IMG/VR virus record: IMGVR_UViG_3300025085_002722
Span: 32,001 to 96,000 of that record
From: a virus
DNA length: 64,000 bases
Strand: one strand, 5' to 3'
This document shows, one piece after another, positions 42,661 through 52,054 of the stretch (positions are counted from its first letter, which is position 1; each line of letters starts with the position of its first letter). Position numbers and translations under genes: made by a program. Under the pieces are notes generated by a model, which worked only from the letters and a program-made list of their open reading frames with translations, did no database searches and was not told the origin of the DNA.

Positions 42661-43199
42661 CATTGAGTCGCTACGATATGTATTCTATCCTCATTGCTGA
42701 AATTTACTGCAGAATGTAAATAATTCGTACGCATCAAGTACGCATTTCCTGTTTCTAAATTATAGTGTTTAATCGAAATATCAGTGCCTGTATCGGTTGC
42801 TACAGGCTTATCCGTATAGAACATTAAAAAGTTTTGATCGTTTGTTATAACAGGTATATGTAGGCGTAAGACGTGCTCTATGCCGTCATGATGTACACTA
42901 TAGCAAGTACGTCTTGCTTTATTCATTATACGCCATCTACAGTAATTAGGTGCTAAACTTTGTATTAATTCGCCTATATAACGGTCTTTTATGCTGTTAT
43001 TAACTACAGTAAAGTCGCTTTCTTTATGCTGTAAATCTGCTATTTTACCAATGCTACAATCCCAATCATCATTGCCTGTAATACTAGTTAGACTGATTTG
43101 TTGGTTAGGCCACAGCGGAGTTAAGCCAAGTATATACTCAACATCTTCTAAAAGTTGTTTTTGATCTATTTGTAATGATAGTTTGTTTATATATTCCAT
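42657..43199 (-). CDS. Asp/Asn beta-hydroxylase-like 2OG-Fe(II) oxygenase
   Basis: HHD, RLHIP, HSAVN, RIHIV motifs. Confidence 0.75.
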   Translation of the reverse strand: MEYINKLSLQIDQKQLLEDVEYILGLTPLWPNQQISLTSITGNDDWDCSIGKIADLQHKESDFTVVNNSIKDRYIGELIQSLAPNYCRWRIMNKARRTCYSVHHDGIEHVLRLHIPVITNDQNFLMFYTDKPVATDTGTDISIKHYNLETGNAYLMRTNYLHSAVNFSNEDRIHIVATQC

Positions 43200-43822
43200 G
43201 GTACTAACTTAAATCGCTCTTTTGGTAAGCCTAAGTATTTAGTAGTCCATTCGCTTTGTCCAACAAAATCTAAGTGTGCCCATTCTGATTTTTTAGAAAT
43301 TTTTTCTTGAGCAAAGTTTTTCCAATCAGTGTTTATTAATAATTCTTCTATTACAGATTTCTTTTCTTCTACTTCATCTATACTGTTACTATCCCACTCA
43401 TAGTGAAACAGTTCCATAGTATTATATCTACTATCGTCTACATAATCTAAACTGATGTCTATACCCCACTTAGGTTTAAGTTGAGTCATTTTGTGTATAA
43501 GATGATTACCTTCTGCCCAATGCCCTAACTGTTCTAGAGCATATCCGTGATAACCTTTGCGTTCGAATAAGTAAGAATGATTAATATGAGGACCACTAGT
43601 TGTGTGTGATTCGAACCAAGGTTTTGCTATTGATCTTCTGTAACGTACAAAGTCTGCTTCGCCCATATTCTTTTTAGCATACTCTTGCTCAAGTGGACAT
43701 AAGTCATATCCGCTTTGATCAAATAAATGTAACATATCAGCATTAGGACAATGCATTTGTTCTATGGCTGTACCCCAAGTACCTTGTGAATTAAATGTAT
43801 TTTTGCTTTTACTAATGTGCAT
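43187..43822 (-). CDS. Hypothetical phage protein
   Basis: 211 aa ORF overlapping both neighbours. Confidence 0.75.
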   Translation of the reverse strand: MHISKSKNTFNSQGTWGTAIEQMHCPNADMLHLFDQSGYDLCPLEQEYAKKNMGEADFVRYRRSIAKPWFESHTTSGPHINHSYLFERKGYHGYALEQLGHWAEGNHLIHKMTQLKPKWGIDISLDYVDDSRYNTMELFHYEWDSNSIDEVEEKKSVIEELLINTDWKNFAQEKISKKSEWAHLDFVGQSEWTTKYLGLPKERFKLVPWNI

Positions 43823-44351
43823 ACCAATCCAAAATTAAATGTATTCTATCTTCATTTGAATTATTATAAACCGAATGCATATCCTGATTATCAATTTCAA
43901 ATATTTCTCCTGATTTCATATAGATAGTCTCAGAACCTACTGTAAATTCAACTTTATTATTAGTAACTATAGGTATATGTATTCTACTATTTATAGAAAA
44001 AGAATCACCGGTATCAATGTGTGGATATATAAAACATTGTGCTGGTAGAAGAGCAAACATAACCCTTATAGGGTGACCAGTTTTATAATTATTAATTTTT
44101 TTAAATAACTCTTTAAAAAATACTTCATCCACATATTTGTCCCAATATTCTGTTTTAGGTGCACTTTGAGATGTGTATTCAAACTTGATAGATTCTAAAG
44201 ACCACATCAATGGAATTACTTTTGTACTACTGTGAACTGCATAGTACGAATGTCTGATTATTGAATAAGGATTATCCCAATCATTGGAATTAGATAATTT
44301 ATTAGTAATAGATTCTATATTGATATCATCAATATAAACAAATGGTTTCAT
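43812..44351 (-). CDS. Asp/Asn beta-hydroxylase-like 2OG-Fe(II) oxygenase
   Basis: PHID, RIHIP, HSVYN, RIHLILD motifs. Confidence 0.85.
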   Translation of the reverse strand: MKPFVYIDDINIESITNKLSNSNDWDNPYSIIRHSYYAVHSSTKVIPLMWSLESIKFEYTSQSAPKTEYWDKYVDEVFFKELFKKINNYKTGHPIRVMFALLPAQCFIYPHIDTGDSFSINSRIHIPIVTNNKVEFTVGSETIYMKSGEIFEIDNQDMHSVYNNSNEDRIHLILDWYAH

Positions 44352-46619
44352 TTACCACTTACGGCAAGACCAGTAACGTGCCTTTGTCTTTGGTCCTGGG
44401 TTATCACAGTTGTGTCTTGCTCTAAAACTCTTTCTGGCTTTAGGGTTTGACTTTCTAATTTTCATTGTTTTACCTTTGGCACTACTTCCACCGTGTCCAA
44501 AGTTTACTTTTTTAACATTTCCTGTTTTAGGATCTTTCACATATACTTTAAACTTCTTAACATCGCCTTGCATAGGTTTGTTTAGTTTAACTGTACGCCC
44601 TTGGTATTCTGCTTCTTCTAAGCCTGCTAATTTTTTTAATTCTGCTAATTGCTTTTCTTCTTCAACAATGATTTCTTCTGCTAAATTATCCCAACCAACT
44701 AAAATATTTTCACCAACAACATGTAATACTGGTACAACAATACCTTCGCCTTCTGCTGTTTCGATCATTAGTTCGTCGCCTACTTGAATGCTTTCTTCGT
44801 TTTTGGCTTTTTTCTTTTCAGGCTTATCGTGTTTATCAATTGTTTTAGTGCCAAATGTATCTTCTATTCTTCCTTCGTCTTTTTTCATTGGGTGTCCTGG
44901 ATTATATCCTTTAGTCATCATGTGTTGTTGTGCGTAATCTTTATATGCAGTATTAATAGTAATATCGCTACCATAATTATGTGCTAACATCACATCGTAA
45001 TAATCTTTATATACTAGTGGAGCACCGTTCTCATCAAATGGTTCACCATTAATTACTGTATATCTAATTTCTTTACCTGTCATAGGACTTTTGATTTTTT
45101 CAACTTTTAATTGTTCATTCATTTCTGCACCTTCTTTCTTGACACAATTATTAACTGTTTTACCAAACATCTTCTTTGTGCCTTTCTTTTCATAACCTTT
45201 CCAGCAACGTTGTCCTTCATTAGTTAAACCTGCGGCTTTCATGCCTTTGGCAACCAAACTGGCTCTTTGTGCTCTGCCCATGTGCGGATAATCTATAGCC
45301 ATTTGTTGCATAGCCATTCTTGGATCATCCATATTCATAACCATATTACGAATCTGTTTGATTACTTCTTCGTCACCTGGATAGTTGTCTTTTGCTTGTT
45401 GTCTATCTACATTACGTTTGTCACTTTTAATAATTTCTGCCCAACTGCATTCATCATTTTTGAAAGTCATTTCACCTTCGTCACAACCGTAATTGCCCCA
45501 ACCGTCACAACTGTCTTCTTCTTCCTCGTAGTCTGCATCAGCATATCCACTTCCAGCACAATTAGGACATATACCGTCCTTGACATATTGTGCCTCAGTG
45601 CGATCACATTGTTCTAATGCATCTTGCATTTCTTGATATGCCTGCTTTCTGTCCTCTTCGTCATAATAACGATCAGGTTCACCAATCATACCATCATTTA
45701 AATCTACATCTTCGTTATTGACTACTTTTAATTGTGACCTTCTATAATCTTTTAAAAATTTATCTACTTGTTCGTCTGATAGTCTTGGAAAGTATTCTCT
45801 AAAAACTTGTTCTAATTTATCTATGCCATATGCACTTATAATTTGTTTAATAATTTGATCAGCATCTTTATCTGAAACTTCGTTAATTCCAACTTTCTTT
45901 AATTCTATTTTTTTAGATGGATGTTTCTTTTTCATCTTGTCTTCCATCTCACCTGCGTCTACATAATCCTTAAAACGTACCTGTGCATCTTTACCGTCAA
46001 TGTGTATTGCCCATCTACCTTCTTCCTCAGATTCGGCATGCATAGCCGCCATGTGTTTTTTATACTTTGCACTACCTTTTTTATGTGGTGATTTACCTTC
46101 TTCTAAATCTGAAGTGTCTAATTGTGCCATAACATCATCTATAACACTACTGCTATCTATAACATCTAATACACCGCCACTAGCAAAGTCGCCTATACGT
46201 TGTCCACCGTGTTCCATATCTGGATCAACACAATCTTCAACATCTAATCTTTCTAATTCAGTATAAACAGCATTTTCCAAAGCATCTATGCTTTCAAATT
46301 CGTCTTCACTATCTAAAAACATATCTACTAGTTTTTCAATACATGCATCACGAATAATACTTCTTTCTTCGCCTTCGTTGACATCTTCTCTTCTGTATTT
46401 AGTAACGCCTTTGCCCTGATAACTATCAGGTACTAAACCATATTTTTTCATTTCTGGTTCAATATATTCGTCCTGTACATCTGTGCCAGCATAAGCAAAC
46501 TTTTCTTTGGGTTGGCCTGTATCTTTTGCCCACTTTTCCGCGGCATTATGATAAGCATAGTAACTATCATTACTACCTTCTTGAACTTTTGTTGCTTCTA
46601 TAATGGTTCGTAGTTTCAT
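44352..46619 (-). CDS. Large modular protein with a basic C-terminal domain (DUF6321-like)
   Basis: MKLRTIIE start; C-terminal RKSFRARHNC...KARYWSCRKW. Confidence 0.75.
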   Translation of the reverse strand: MKLRTIIEATKVQEGSNDSYYAYHNAAEKWAKDTGQPKEKFAYAGTDVQDEYIEPEMKKYGLVPDSYQGKGVTKYRREDVNEGEERSIIRDACIEKLVDMFLDSEDEFESIDALENAVYTELERLDVEDCVDPDMEHGGQRIGDFASGGVLDVIDSSSVIDDVMAQLDTSDLEEGKSPHKKGSAKYKKHMAAMHAESEEEGRWAIHIDGKDAQVRFKDYVDAGEMEDKMKKKHPSKKIELKKVGINEVSDKDADQIIKQIISAYGIDKLEQVFREYFPRLSDEQVDKFLKDYRRSQLKVVNNEDVDLNDGMIGEPDRYYDEEDRKQAYQEMQDALEQCDRTEAQYVKDGICPNCAGSGYADADYEEEEDSCDGWGNYGCDEGEMTFKNDECSWAEIIKSDKRNVDRQQAKDNYPGDEEVIKQIRNMVMNMDDPRMAMQQMAIDYPHMGRAQRASLVAKGMKAAGLTNEGQRCWKGYEKKGTKKMFGKTVNNCVKKEGAEMNEQLKVEKIKSPMTGKEIRYTVINGEPFDENGAPLVYKDYYDVMLAHNYGSDITINTAYKDYAQQHMMTKGYNPGHPMKKDEGRIEDTFGTKTIDKHDKPEKKKAKNEESIQVGDELMIETAEGEGIVVPVLHVVGENILVGWDNLAEEIIVEEEKQLAELKKLAGLEEAEYQGRTVKLNKPMQGDVKKFKVYVKDPKTGNVKKVNFGHGGSSAKGKTMKIRKSNPKARKSFRARHNCDNPGPKTKARYWSCRKW

Positions 46620-46624
46620 ACTAC

Positions 46625-47119
46625 TTATTTATCATCTTTTAGCCACATGGCAAGTGAATACCTTTCTCCTGATGTTAGCATCTTAACTCCATGTACAGAA
46701 TCTGTATTTGAAAAAATCACAGCATCACCTTTATTCATTGGAATTACTTTGTTATTATAAACAAAATCTCCACCAGTGTAATCAGAATTTAATTGTATGA
46801 TAATTGTTTCTTCTGTAGGGTCTACATGAGGAACACAAAACTCGCCCTCTTGATATCTAATTACATACATTCTGCTATCCATAGCAGATACTGGCTTTTT
46901 TAAAGATTCACTAATTTTTGATAGGATTGTGTGTGATGCATTAAGTTCGATCCTTGTAGGTAATAATTCTAATCTATACCACGTATCTAACGGTACTTCT
47001 TCTTTTTCTCTATCTATTGCTGGTGCAGTATTAATATCTAATACCGGTAATTGACTAATAAAGTTGTCACATTCAATAGGAGTAAGAAACTGTTTAATAA
47101 ATTTATACGGAGTAGGCAT
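46625..47119 (-). CDS. Prolyl-hydroxylase-like 2OG-Fe(II) oxygenase
   Basis: PHVD, YTGG, HGV and RYSL motifs. Confidence 0.85.
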   Translation of the reverse strand: MPTPYKFIKQFLTPIECDNFISQLPVLDINTAPAIDREKEEVPLDTWYRLELLPTRIELNASHTILSKISESLKKPVSAMDSRMYVIRYQEGEFCVPHVDPTEETIIIQLNSDYTGGDFVYNNKVIPMNKGDAVIFSNTDSVHGVKMLTSGERYSLAMWLKDDK

Positions 47120-47138
47120 AAATTTATTTATAGATATT

Positions 47139-47348
47139 TTATTCTTCGGATGGCGATTTCCAAACTAATTTTACACCGCGTCTATCTAATTCATTACGGC
47201 ATTTTTGTTTGATTTTAGGTTTTTGACCATTGTTGATATAGTCGATTAATTCTTCTTTAGGAGTGTTTTTAATATAAAAATGTTGTGTTACTACATTCTT
47301 TGTACCACGTACTAGTGTTTTTTGTGTTGGCTTAAATTTAATTGGCAT
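47139..47348 (-). CDS. Small basic hypothetical protein
   Basis: GGAG SD; 69 aa. Confidence 0.75.
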   Translation of the reverse strand: MPIKFKPTQKTLVRGTKNVVTQHFYIKNTPKEELIDYINNGQKPKIKQKCRNELDRRGVKLVWKSPSEE

Positions 47349-47349
47349 A

Positions 47350-47508
47350 TTATCTCCCTTGTCCTCTGTATTTTTTATGTGATCGCTTTTTGCTTTTGTT
47401 CATAGTCGACATGCTAATCTTAACACGTCTACCGCGACCACCCGCTCCAATGCTAGAACATTTACGGGATCCTACATGTGATGTTGAATATGCTTTTGAT
47501 TTTGCCAT
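47350..47508 (-). CDS. Small basic protein not in the track (MAKSKAYSTSHVG...KKYRGQGR)
   Basis: Translated by hand; AGGAG SD and late promoter upstream. Confidence 0.75.
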   Translation of the reverse strand: MAKSKAYSTSHVGSRKCSSIGAGGRGRRVKISMSTMNKSKKRSHKKYRGQGR

Positions 47509-47546
47509 CTGTCTCCTTTTGTTGAAATATATTTATGAAAGGAGAT

Positions 47547-47804
47547 TTACTTTTTCTTCTTAAGTTTGGCCACTTCTTTTTCTAAGTCTACAATTCGCTG
47601 TCCTAGTAACGGATATTGCTTTAACCATTTTTCTTCACGAGTAGCAATCTCTAAATCATATCTCTTTGCTACCCATTCCATTGCGTTATCCATTTTAACT
47701 TGGAACCATACACCCATTTTAGTATTTTTAAACCATTGATAAAAACTACTGCCAATTATACTTGATAGTATAGCCTTTAATGATAAAATTATTAACCAGT
47801 TCAT
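47547..47804 (-). CDS. Hypothetical protein with hydrophobic N-terminus
   Basis: Start reassigned to MNWLIIL, just after the previous stop. Confidence 0.7.
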   Translation of the reverse strand: MNWLIILSLKAILSSIIGSSFYQWFKNTKMGVWFQVKMDNAMEWVAKRYDLEIATREEKWLKQYPLLGQRIVDLEKEVAKLKKKK

Positions 47805-47805
47805 A

Positions 47806-48108
47806 TTACTTTCCTTTTGTATTGCTGACGTTCTTTGCTTTGCCCTTTCTATTTTTATTAGGGTCATTACGTCTCTTTTTTGATACAGCGGCACCAATTG
47901 CCTTTTTGCCACCTTTTGCTCTTAAACTTGCGGCTTTTGATTTGCTTAAACACTTAGGCTTACCTTCGCCTTTTTTAGCATCTCCGCATTTGCCTATTCT
48001 TTCGCCTTTGGTGTTGTATCTATCCCAACCGCCACCACCGGCTCCGCCTTTCTTGCCTTTGCCAAACCAGGCTCTTAAGTCTTCTGTGAGAATTTCGTTA
48101 ATTAACAT
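47806..48108 (-). CDS. Basic protein (MLINEILTE-DLRAWFG...)
   Basis: Start reassigned to 48108; capsid-targeting-like N-terminus. Confidence 0.75.
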   Translation of the reverse strand: MLINEILTEDLRAWFGKGKKGGAGGGGWDRYNTKGERIGKCGDAKKGEGKPKCLSKSKAASLRAKGGKKAIGAAVSKKRRNDPNKNRKGKAKNVSNTKGK

Positions 48109-48109
48109 C

Positions 48110-48300
48110 TTACTTCTTTTTCTTCTTAGATTTGTTACCCCAATTTTTAGCACCTACTTTACGGCACTTAACTAAGGCTCCACTTGCGTATGCACTAGGC
48201 CACACTTTATATCTGGATTTTACTTTGTGATAGCAGGCGTCTTTTTCGCCTGCCGCTTCGTCGAATTGTTCTTCTGTAATATACCTAGAGTCGCTTATCT
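48110..48300 (-). CDS. Start-less coding frame (…DACYHKVKSRYKVWPSAYASGALVKCRK…), probable -1 extension of the upstream gene
   Basis: No start codon after the in-frame TAG; joins 48295..49050 through an A9 run. Confidence 0.7.
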
Positions 48301-49050
48301 TTTTTTTTGACTATTTCTAAAGTTTGCTCTAGTAATTGGACTGTTAATTGGATTTTTGCTTACCTTTGTATTGATGCTTGCCGGCTTATTGATGCTTGCC
48401 GGCTCACCTAGTTCAATACCGCCTTTTGGTTGTTGCATAGTTTTGCCTGCTCTTTTATATGCTGGTTCATCATACTTTTTGTAATCCTGCTTAGGCTTGT
48501 TTAAGACTTTTTCGCCTTTTGCTTTATTCTGTGCGTTTTGGAATTCCATTTGATACTTAACTAAGTTTTGCTCAACTGCGGCATAAGTCTTATTAGGATG
48601 ATTTTGAACTATATACTGTCTAAATGCGTCGTGATCAAAAACTATGTTTCTTTGAGAGTCTGCTCTTGCTTGTCTTTGAGCAACGGCAGTTTGTCTTTGA
48701 TTATACATTCCTGTATCGTCTGCTTCGCCTACCATTTTACCACGCATTTTATTTGGGGATTCATGTCCAGTAGTAGGTTTTACTTTCATAGTGTTTTTGT
48801 CACTAGTCTTTGCATACTTTTTACTTGCATATTTTTCTTTTAATTTGCTTAATATTGGATCGTTATTTTCCACTTCGTCTTCTCCTAACTTTGATAAGTC
48901 AATACTTAAAGGACCTTTTGGCTTTTTAAAATTTTTGTGTTTTTTGCCTGAGACAATCTTCTCAATCTTCTTTGCTTTTCTTACACGAGGCATTTCACCA
49001 CCGTTATTATTGAGTCCTTGTAATCCGTTTAGTGCCTCTTGAATGTTCAT
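48295..49050 (-). CDS. Hypothetical modular protein (MNIQEAL...)
   Basis: ATAAATA-N5-ATG at 49050; ends CAA AAA AAA AGA TAA. Confidence 0.75.
   Translation of the reverse strand: MNIQEALNGLQGLNNNGGEMPRVRKAKKIEKIVSGKKHKNFKKPKGPLSIDLSKLGEDEVENNDPILSKLKEKYASKKYAKTSDKNTMKVKPTTGHESPNKMRGKMVGEADDTGMYNQRQTAVAQRQARADSQRNIVFDHDAFRQYIVQNHPNKTYAAVEQNLVKYQMEFQNAQNKAKGEKVLNKPKQDYKKYDEPAYKRAGKTMQQPKGGIELGEPASINKPASINTKVSKNPINSPITRANFRNSQKKR
48369..48404. repeat. 18-bp tandem duplication encoding PASIN twice
   Basis: ATTGATGCTTGCCGGCT occurs twice with 18-nt period. Confidence 0.8.
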
Positions 49051-49084
49051 ACATGTATTTATCTCAGAGATAGAAATTACGGCC

Positions 49085-49115
49085 AAAAAAATCCCCCTAA
49101 AATTAAGGGGGATTT
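49085..49115 (-). terminator. Rho-independent terminator
   Basis: Minus strand AAATCCCCCT-TAATTTT-AGGGGGATTT followed by a T run. Confidence 0.88.
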
Positions 49116-49131
49116 GATTTCTATCTTTGGA

Positions 49132-50109
49132 TTATAAAGAACCGTTATCTGTAACAAGTCCGTAATCTGTAGGTTGAATAGAACCTTCTGTTTCAATTTC
49201 CACGGAAACTCTGGCTGTACCTGCCGAAGCGGCACCTTGAGTTACCTCTGCAACTAATTGCACCGTTGCACTACTTGGCCATATGTAATGGAAGTCCGAT
49301 CTATATTGCCCGGCTGATGTTAAATCAATATCACTCGCCTTAAATAAAAGATCTGTATCAGTGCTAGTACCAACTGTGATTGCAGTTGTATTATTAGCAT
49401 CTGCCCAAGCATCGTCAACTTCGATTATAACTGCTGAGGCTCTGACTGCATTATTGACTAGGAATATGTTTGCAGTACCACTATCGTATGAAACGTTAGC
49501 AGTTGCAAATACCAAGCCATTAGCACCAGAACTAGCACCAACACCTTTTGTACCAACATATTGGTGAGCAACTAAAAATACGTTACTACTAATACCTGAT
49601 GGTACATTGTTAGGGAAGTGTAAAACACCTGCCGTATAATCGAACACCCATTCTTGGTTAGAACTTAAAGCATTCATTTTATTTGAATCGCCTTTAGCAT
49701 CTGATTCACTAGTGTAAATCTTTGCTAAGTAAGTACTACCAATTGATGGTGGTATAAAGTCTCTTAGTCTATTAGCACTACCTGGAACAACGTTACCTGT
49801 AGGATCTGCTACTGCTAGCCATGTCTTACCTCCTGAAACGGTCGGGTCAGCAACCATTTGGATTGGTTCAGCAACATAACTGCCACTAGCCGCGTTTGCA
49901 CCGTAATATTTTACTGGTGTATCCGCACTACTTGTAGGTGCTGTTGCAGGAATATCTGAGGATTGTTGCCAAACGTCTTGTGCAAGTGTTAATGTTTCAC
50001 TCTTGTAAATTTCGTTAGGCCCGTCTTTGCCATCAATGTTTGTTTCGGTTACACCGTAAACAACCTTCTTCCAAAGGAAATCTAATTTATCGCTATCTGT
50101 AATTGCCAT
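49132..50109 (-). CDS. Probable virion structural protein
   Basis: MAITDSDKLDFLWKK...WVFDYTAGVLHF; Ala/Ser/Thr-rich; strong SD. Confidence 0.7.
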   Translation of the reverse strand: MAITDSDKLDFLWKKVVYGVTETNIDGKDGPNEIYKSETLTLAQDVWQQSSDIPATAPTSSADTPVKYYGANAASGSYVAEPIQMVADPTVSGGKTWLAVADPTGNVVPGSANRLRDFIPPSIGSTYLAKIYTSESDAKGDSNKMNALSSNQEWVFDYTAGVLHFPNNVPSGISSNVFLVAHQYVGTKGVGASSGANGLVFATANVSYDSGTANIFLVNNAVRASAVIIEVDDAWADANNTTAITVGTSTDTDLLFKASDIDLTSAGQYRSDFHYIWPSSATVQLVAEVTQGAASAGTARVSVEIETEGSIQPTDYGLVTDNGSL

Positions 50110-50122
50110 TTATCATTCCTCC

Positions 50123-51961
50123 TTAAGAAACACTAATTGCTGATATAGAGTTTGAACTACCTAGTTTAACTCTAACCAAAACAACGTTATTGGTGGCGTT
50201 TGTTGTGCTTTCTGTACCTAATGTTATCGAAACTGAGCCGGAACTCCCACTTGCGACTGAACCATTACCACAGCCTGCACCATTACCTGTACCACCTGGG
50301 TTACCTGAGCCATCGTATAATGTAAATGCATCATACCATGCTCCACCAGTTGCGTTAGGTGATGTGCTATTGCTATCACTAACTCCTGGCAATCCTATAT
50401 ATAGTCCTGAATAAGAACCTGTTATGCTAATACTAAAAGTACTAACGGCTGATTTGGCAAAATAGAATGTCATATACTGAGTAGCATCTTTGCCACTGTA
50501 GTCTATTGCATTTTCATTTGGCCAATAGCCTGATGTGTAATCAGTTTGATCAGAACTTAAAATACCTGCAACTACTCCAGCCTCGTGTTCATAACCACTT
50601 GCTGTTAAGTCTTGGGTACTGTCCCATGTTAAACTGCTACTTGGAAGGTTACCTGCGCCTAAAGGTGTATCACCTGTCGCACTCGAACCTAAGTCTACTC
50701 TATTACCGCCAGTTGCTCCTGATGGTATAGATATGTTTTGCTCATCAACATCACTGCTTCGCGCCGTGCCTGCTTTGAGTAAGATTGTACCGGATATGCT
50801 CTGAGAGCCTGATCCGTTTACGTTTGTGCCTGTTACTGTTAATGAACCTGACGTATGTCTATTAGATCCATTTACATTCACTGTTAAAGCACTCAATGAT
50901 TGAGCACTTGTTGTTTGTCTGGTTATTGGAGTACTTACGCCTACATCTGAATAGGAATAACTCTGAGAACTAATAATACTATCAGAACCTGAAACACTTA
51001 TCGGGTTTCCGTTATAGTATGTTTCTCCTGCCAAATTCGTCATTGTCAAGTTACCAATTGCAACTGCACCACTAGTACCAAAATGTTCGATACCTGAACT
51101 GTATGCTGTTGTACCATTTGTGTCACCTGTAATAGTCCCTGACGCAACTGTTGGTGATCCTGTTAGATCATCTACTACAAAGTACACTTCATTAGTGTCA
51201 TCTGTATCAGTTTTTGTCATTTGGATTCTATTCCACCCTGTACTCAGGGCCGATGCTATTCTAATTTGAGCATCACTTTCTGTATAAAATCCTGGTGTAT
51301 CACTTGGCGAGTCAGCATGGCCGCTAACTCTTAAATCAGTATAAGTACCATCTTTGTCTGTGCCGTCGAATGTTACACTACCTGAGGTAGAGCCATTGAC
51401 TACAGCCGCTAATGTTCCTGAGTCTGATCTAAAGTTGTCTACTTGACTTGAATTTGGAGTAGTATCAGTTACACGAGTCACACTTGCCCCAGCACTTGCT
51501 GGAAGTGTACCTCCGGAGGTTCTATCTGGAACTGAGCCATCTGCAAGATATGGTGAACTTCCTACACTTGAAACTGTTAAAGTTTCGCTGTTAGGAAAAT
51601 CTCCAGGTGCTGTTGGTACTAACAATCCTAAAGTTTCATTTAGTGTATCGATCGCACTTGAAATTTTAGTACTATCTGTTAGTGTAATTGCACCACCGGC
51701 ATAACTTCCGTCGCCGTATGATGTAACATCTCCCAAACTAATTTGGAATCCATCTGCACTCCCGGCAATACCTGAGTCAAATTGTGCTTTAGTTACAAAA
51801 TGACTTGCGGCTGTACCGTTTGCTCCTGAGATTGTGGCCAGTGCTCCAGCGGCAGTCTTAAGGATAACGTTTCCGCCATCGCTCTCGATTGTATTACCTC
51901 TTTTGCCTAATTCTATATTGGCGCCTACACCTTTTAATCCATAATTTTTAGTGTCTGCCAT
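50123..51961 (-). CDS. Probable virion structural / fibre protein
   Basis: Gly/Ser/Thr-rich 612 aa; late promoter near 52024; GGAG SD. Confidence 0.7.
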   Translation of the reverse strand: MADTKNYGLKGVGANIELGKRGNTIESDGGNVILKTAAGALATISGANGTAASHFVTKAQFDSGIAGSADGFQISLGDVTSYGDGSYAGGAITLTDSTKISSAIDTLNETLGLLVPTAPGDFPNSETLTVSSVGSSPYLADGSVPDRTSGGTLPASAGASVTRVTDTTPNSSQVDNFRSDSGTLAAVVNGSTSGSVTFDGTDKDGTYTDLRVSGHADSPSDTPGFYTESDAQIRIASALSTGWNRIQMTKTDTDDTNEVYFVVDDLTGSPTVASGTITGDTNGTTAYSSGIEHFGTSGAVAIGNLTMTNLAGETYYNGNPISVSGSDSIISSQSYSYSDVGVSTPITRQTTSAQSLSALTVNVNGSNRHTSGSLTVTGTNVNGSGSQSISGTILLKAGTARSSDVDEQNISIPSGATGGNRVDLGSSATGDTPLGAGNLPSSSLTWDSTQDLTASGYEHEAGVVAGILSSDQTDYTSGYWPNENAIDYSGKDATQYMTFYFAKSAVSTFSISITGSYSGLYIGLPGVSDSNSTSPNATGGAWYDAFTLYDGSGNPGGTGNGAGCGNGSVASGSSGSVSITLGTESTTNATNNVVLVRVKLGSSNSISAISVS

Positions 51962-52054
51962 TATTTTTTCTCCACTTATATTTTTAACCGGTTATAGTAT
52001 ATGTGTGTATGTTTGATAAAAGTATTTATCGTAAAACTGCAATAAGTTAGTACT

